Shown one piece after another: positions 60,253 through 64,000 of a stretch of DNA of 64,000 bases. Position 1 is the first letter of the stretch. Each line of letters begins with the position of its first letter. This DNA is from a virus. Lineage: Duplodnaviria; Caudoviricetes. The DNA lies in the IMG/VR virus record IMGVR_UViG_3300028197_001778, positions 364 through 64,363 of that record; one strand, given 5' to 3'. The position numbers and the translations under genes are program-made. The notes under the pieces were generated by a model. That model ran no database searches and was not told where the DNA came from. It saw nothing but the letters and a program-made list of their open reading frames with translations.

Positions 60253-61955
60253 TATGAACACCTAAAAATGAAATGCTGATTATGTGTAATACCTGTCAGT
60301 ACTCTCTTAATACTGAATTTAACAACAAAAATACCAGACCCTGACGTAATATTTACATTCGTATTAAAGTTTTGTAAAGTATTATTAGAAATAAAGTTTA
60401 CTAAACCAGATTCAGTAAGAGACACTCCTGAATAATCAGGACTATACAACTCAAATCCAGCCGTATAAAATTCTCCCACATTGATATTATCAATACTTAA
60501 ACTAATTAGACTAATACCAGGACAACTTAAACTTTCTGTATACGAATTCACTGCTAGATTAAATGTTGTATCGATATCTAAATATTCAAAATAAGTTTCG
60601 TTTAATGTATCATGGATCATGTAACAATCTAGTTGTGGACTTGGGGTAGGTGTTGATGTTGTCGTTGGCGTAGATGTATTTGTTGCTGTATTAGTCTGCG
60701 TATTAGTAGGTGTTGGTGTCTGAGTGTTAGTTCCTGTGTTTGTATTGGTTGGTGTGTTAGTTGGAGTAGTTGACGGACTTGCGGTGTTGGTTGGGGTTGT
60801 GCTAGAAGTAACTGTATTAGTAGGTGTATTGGTTGTGGTTGAGGTATTGGTTGGTGTGTTGGTTTGAGTCGCTGTATTCGTAGGAGTATTAGTAACACTA
60901 CTAGTAATTGTAGGAGTAGAAGTTTGTGTATTGGTAGGTGTATTTGTGGGAGTTGTAGAACTTGTAGGAGTTTGAGTTCGTGTAGGAGTCTGAGTTCTAG
61001 TATTACTCGGAGTGACACTACTTGTTAGAGTATTAGTTACTGTAGAGGTGTTAGTTGGTGACGAAGTTTGAGTATTCGTAATAGTGTTTGTCGGAGTGTT
61101 GGTTGGGGTTTCTGTGTTTGTTGGTGTTACCGTGGGTGTTGATGTATTTGTTGCCGTGTAAGTCTGAGTTGATGTGTTTGTTGCTGTGTGTGTGGGAGTA
61201 GATGTGTTTGTTGGAGTATTAGTTGGTGTTTTTGAAGGGGTGGGGGTAGGCGTAGGAATAGTCTGATAATCTACTACCTTAAGAACCCCACCGACTTCTT
61301 GTACAACTTCAATAAGATTGGTTCCAGGCTTGCGAAAATAGAAGGTAGTTTCAGAACTACTTAACAATGTTTGAAGCTCAGTCAAAGTCCATTGGTCTGT
61401 GGCAACGCTTGTCTCGTAAATAATTTCATTATAATTTAAGACATTGTCTTCATTGTATACAGTAATTTCTTTTAAGGAAGTGTCAGTAGGAGTATTTGTG
61501 GGAGTTTCGCTATTAGTAGGTGTGTTAGTAGTAGTATTAGTCGGTGTTGTTGTCGTAGTCGTGGTATTAGTTGGAGTCTGAGTAGGTGTTGATGTATTAG
61601 TGCTCGTATTGGTTACAGTAGGGGTTAGTAAAGGAGGACTATCAACACCACAATCTAACGCTAGACTATCATCATCTAAAGTTGTTCCAGAAGAGTCCTT
61701 AAGAAATATTCTAAAAGCATGACTTCTAGAACTTTGAGCAGTTGTTCCTATAATAAATTGAGAAGTAAGTCCAGTAGCAACAAACGTTAAAGGAAATCTC
61801 GCGTCAAAAAATACATCTCCAAAATCCACGATTGCGTCAAGCACATAAGTTTGTCCAGGAGTTAAATCAGAAGCAGTGATTATAAAATTAAACCCATTGG
61901 TGCATCCTGGGGCTGTAATATTAAGAATGTTTTTATTAAAATTAATTGATGGCAT
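60252..61955 (-). CDS. TP-linker array protein with a TP tract of about 200 aa
   Basis: CTNG...LALDC; ITVYNED...DYQTIP; ends HFIFRCS. Confidence 0.8.
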   Translation of the reverse strand: MPSINFNKNILNITAPGCTNGFNFIITASDLTPGQTYVLDAIVDFGDVFFDARFPLTFVATGLTSQFIIGTTAQSSRSHAFRIFLKDSSGTTLDDDSLALDCGVDSPPLLTPTVTNTSTNTSTPTQTPTNTTTTTTTPTNTTTNTPTNSETPTNTPTDTSLKEITVYNEDNVLNYNEIIYETSVATDQWTLTELQTLLSSSETTFYFRKPGTNLIEVVQEVGGVLKVVDYQTIPTPTPTPSKTPTNTPTNTSTPTHTATNTSTQTYTATNTSTPTVTPTNTETPTNTPTNTITNTQTSSPTNTSTVTNTLTSSVTPSNTRTQTPTRTQTPTSSTTPTNTPTNTQTSTPTITSSVTNTPTNTATQTNTPTNTSTTTNTPTNTVTSSTTPTNTASPSTTPTNTPTNTNTGTNTQTPTPTNTQTNTATNTSTPTTTSTPTPSPQLDCYMIHDTLNETYFEYLDIDTTFNLAVNSYTESLSCPGISLISLSIDNINVGEFYTAGFELYSPDYSGVSLTESGLVNFISNNTLQNFNTNVNITSGSGIFVVKFSIKRVLTGITHNQHFIFRCS

Positions 61956-61993
61956 TTAATTTAAAATCCTATTTAAATCGTTTATTACATATA

Positions 61994-64000
61994 TTATACA
62001 CTAGGACTTACTGTTGTTGTAGGAGTATTTGTGTTTGTTATAGTATTCGTAATTGTGGGAGTATTTGTTGAAGTAGTAGTTGGTGTAGGTAAAGGATCAC
62101 ACCTAACTACTATGTACCTGGTTTGGGCGACACTTGTCGTATTATCGGTCAAAGTATAGGCTAATACATAGAACAGTCTAATTCCTGAATATTGAATAGT
62201 AAAGTTTAAATTCTTGGAAGTATCATTGGCGATAAATGATCCAGATGCTCCTGATATTCCCACGGTGAACAATGAAGCATCTTCTTCATAAGCAGACATT
62301 GTATAAGAATAACTATTACCTGCAATTAGTTTACCCATATTAATAGCTAATAATCTATTAACACAGCTTTGCGGATCAGAGGCATTAATTAAGACATCTA
62401 TATCAAAAATATTAACAACATCTGCTTGTTTATAATAAACATCAGCTGCACTATCAGATAGATATCTTAAGTTAGCGTCTAAGTTTTCTGTACCTGTTTG
62501 TGTAACCGTTGGTGTCATAGTATTAGTACGTGTAATGGTCGGTGTCGGTGTTTGAGTTCTTGTTTGTGTTGGTGTGCTAGTTTGTGTTGGTGTTCCGGTT
62601 TGCGTGGTTGTGTTGGTGTTTGTCGGAGTTTGAGTAGCTGTATTAGTAGGAGTAACAGGAGGCGATCCTGTCTGTGTTGGTGTCGATGTATTTGTAGGAG
62701 TATGGGTTGCCGTTGCAGAAGCTGTCGGCGAGGCTGTTAATGTAGGAGTTCTTGATGCTGTTTGACTTTTTGTAACTGTTTGTGTTGGAGTTCCTGTTAA
62801 AGTTGCTGTACTTGTCTGTGTTGGAGTACTCGTATTTGTAGTAGTATTGGTGTTTGTTACTGTATTAGTTGGAGTCGATGTATTAGTTGCAGTTGCTGTA
62901 GTTGTTACAGTATTTGTCGGCGTCTGCGTAGCTGTGTTAGTAGGAGTGACACTACTTGTAGGTGTTGGGGTTTTATTAGGAGTATCGGTCTGTGTAGGTG
63001 TTTGAGTACTTGTTTGAGTCACAGTATTAGTAGGAGTCTGTGTGGCGGTACTGGTAGGAGTCGCACTAGGAGGTACCCCAATAGCTAAAATACTATTTCT
63101 ATATATATTAATATCTTCCCAAAGACCATAAATAATTTTTGGAGTAGTTTCTACACGACCAAGAGCACCAAATGTTAAGTTTGAACCACTATTAGCACCC
63201 CAACCATAACATACTCCACTAGTAGTAATAGCTATAGAATAATCATCTCCACAAAATACTTTCTTCCAAGTGTTGTTATACAGTAAGCTCTGATCACTTC
63301 TGTAAGGCATTATTTGATTATCTGTATTGTCAACAATACCTAATTGAGATTTGTCATTACGACCCCAAGCGTATAGATGACCGTCTTCGTCAATACCTAA
63401 TCCGTGATATCTTCCAAGATCTGCAGTAGTCCATGTTTTTCCTTCTGGATGTGGTACAAATTCTGGGAAATGGACATAAGGAGTATCGTAACCTATTCCT
63501 AATTGACCATAAGTATTGTCCCCGAAACCAAATAGATAGTTTGTATCAGCTTGTCTCAACAACAAAGACCCGTAGTAATTACCATGTAATTGATCAAACT
63601 CGTTTCTGTTCAGTTTTAATAAAGAAAGATCCGTTTCATTATTATCTATTTCAAATTCACTAGGACCATCGTATAAAACAGATACTAAAGGGATTTCTCT
63701 GTCTGTAATATCGGGATTTTTATTCGTAATTGTTTCTATATCAAAAACAGTATAGTCTGTAGTAATAATAGGAGTGTCGTTATCTACAATATTATATCTA
63801 TATAGTCTATAATTATTAGCATTGATATAATACAAAGTTTTTAAATCAGCAAAAGCTTGACTTCTAACATTGTCATCAATAAATTTTAATCCTGTATAGG
63901 CATTGTCGTAAGTATTAGAGTCTGGATTATTAGTAGGAGTTTCTCTCCATTCCCATAAACCGTAATTTGCTTTTATAGCATACCAGACATTAGGAACCTG
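61994..64000 (-). CDS. Partial (5'-truncated) RCC1-repeat + TP-linker array protein
   Basis: The frame stays open from TTG 63835 to the window edge; FGFGDNTYGQLG, HLYAWGRNDKSQLG, CYGWGAN; array C-domain ending IVVRC. Confidence 0.8.
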   Translation of the reverse strand, partial: QVPNVWYAIKANYGLWEWRETPTNNPDSNTYDNAYTGLKFIDDNVRSQAFADLKTLYYINANNYRLYRYNIVDNDTPIITTDYTVFDIETITNKNPDITDREIPLVSVLYDGPSEFEIDNNETDLSLLKLNRNEFDQLHGNYYGSLLLRQADTNYLFGFGDNTYGQLGIGYDTPYVHFPEFVPHPEGKTWTTADLGRYHGLGIDEDGHLYAWGRNDKSQLGIVDNTDNQIMPYRSDQSLLYNNTWKKVFCGDDYSIAITTSGVCYGWGANSGSNLTFGALGRVETTPKIIYGLWEDINIYRNSILAIGVPPSATPTSTATQTPTNTVTQTSTQTPTQTDTPNKTPTPTSSVTPTNTATQTPTNTVTTTATATNTSTPTNTVTNTNTTTNTSTPTQTSTATLTGTPTQTVTKSQTASRTPTLTASPTASATATHTPTNTSTPTQTGSPPVTPTNTATQTPTNTNTTTQTGTPTQTSTPTQTRTQTPTPTITRTNTMTPTVTQTGTENLDANLRYLSDSAADVYYKQADVVNIFDIDVLINASDPQSCVNRLLAINMGKLIAGNSYSYTMSAYEEDASLFTVGISGASGSFIANDTSKNLNFTIQYSGIRLFYVLAYTLTDNTTSVAQTRYIVVRCDPLPTPTTTSTNTPTITNTITNTNTPTTTVSPSV

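Larger units (their letters stand above)
45370..63070 (-). repeat. Dispersed coding Thr/Pro (TPTxT) low-complexity tracts
   Basis: Many imperfect GT-rich tracts on the + strand (gtaggagt/gttggtgt) encoding TPTNTPT-type linkers; synonymous positions are varied, so these are not perfect DNA tandem repeats. Confidence 0.9.

Noticed and set aside
42736-62740. Many + strand ORFs rich in V/G or C/R/S (e.g. 47818-48153, 55224-55448, 59303-59560, 62498-62740)
   Set aside because: Antisense or alternate-frame shadows of the Thr/Pro tracts (ACN/CCN read as GT/GG); no independent coding signal.
45370-63070. GT-rich repeats as a CRISPR array or DGR template/variable repeat
   Set aside because: No constant repeat with unique spacers; variation is at synonymous positions within ORFs; no RT or cas operon in the window.
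1-64000. Stop-codon reassignment that would fuse the array genes
   Set aside because: Code 11 already gives near-complete coding density; TAA, TAG and TGA all end genes; several junctions are ATGA/TAATG overlaps that change frame.

Overview
AT-rich, gene-dense 64 kb segment that reads as part of a large tailed phage genome (genetic code 11; no rRNA, tRNA or CRISPR seen). The left arm (+ strand, 1-18.9 kb) is a bacterial-type replication module: DnaB helicase, DnaG-like primase, dNMP kinase, RecB/Cas4-like nuclease, a DnaE (Pol III alpha) split into two intein-free genes flanking a DEDDh exonuclease, and SSB with its own promoter and terminator. It is followed by a glycosyltransferase/glycan-modification cluster and recombination/nuclease genes. 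The right arm (- strand, 18.9-64 kb) holds very large putative virion proteins and then a tandem array of at least 11 related genes built from Cys-bracketed beta-rich domains and mucin-like Thr/Pro linkers. Main observation: gene boundaries in this array appear to fall inside a repeated domain. Each protein ends with an orphan first strand that matches the strand missing from the next gene's product, and cysteines co-vary between neighbours. One of the two junctions lacking this split domain has a cohesin-like/dockerin-like pair instead. This suggests a gene-order-colinear daisy chain of subunits forming a long, flexible, possibly glycosylated fibre. All family calls come from reading motifs by eye; no searches were run.
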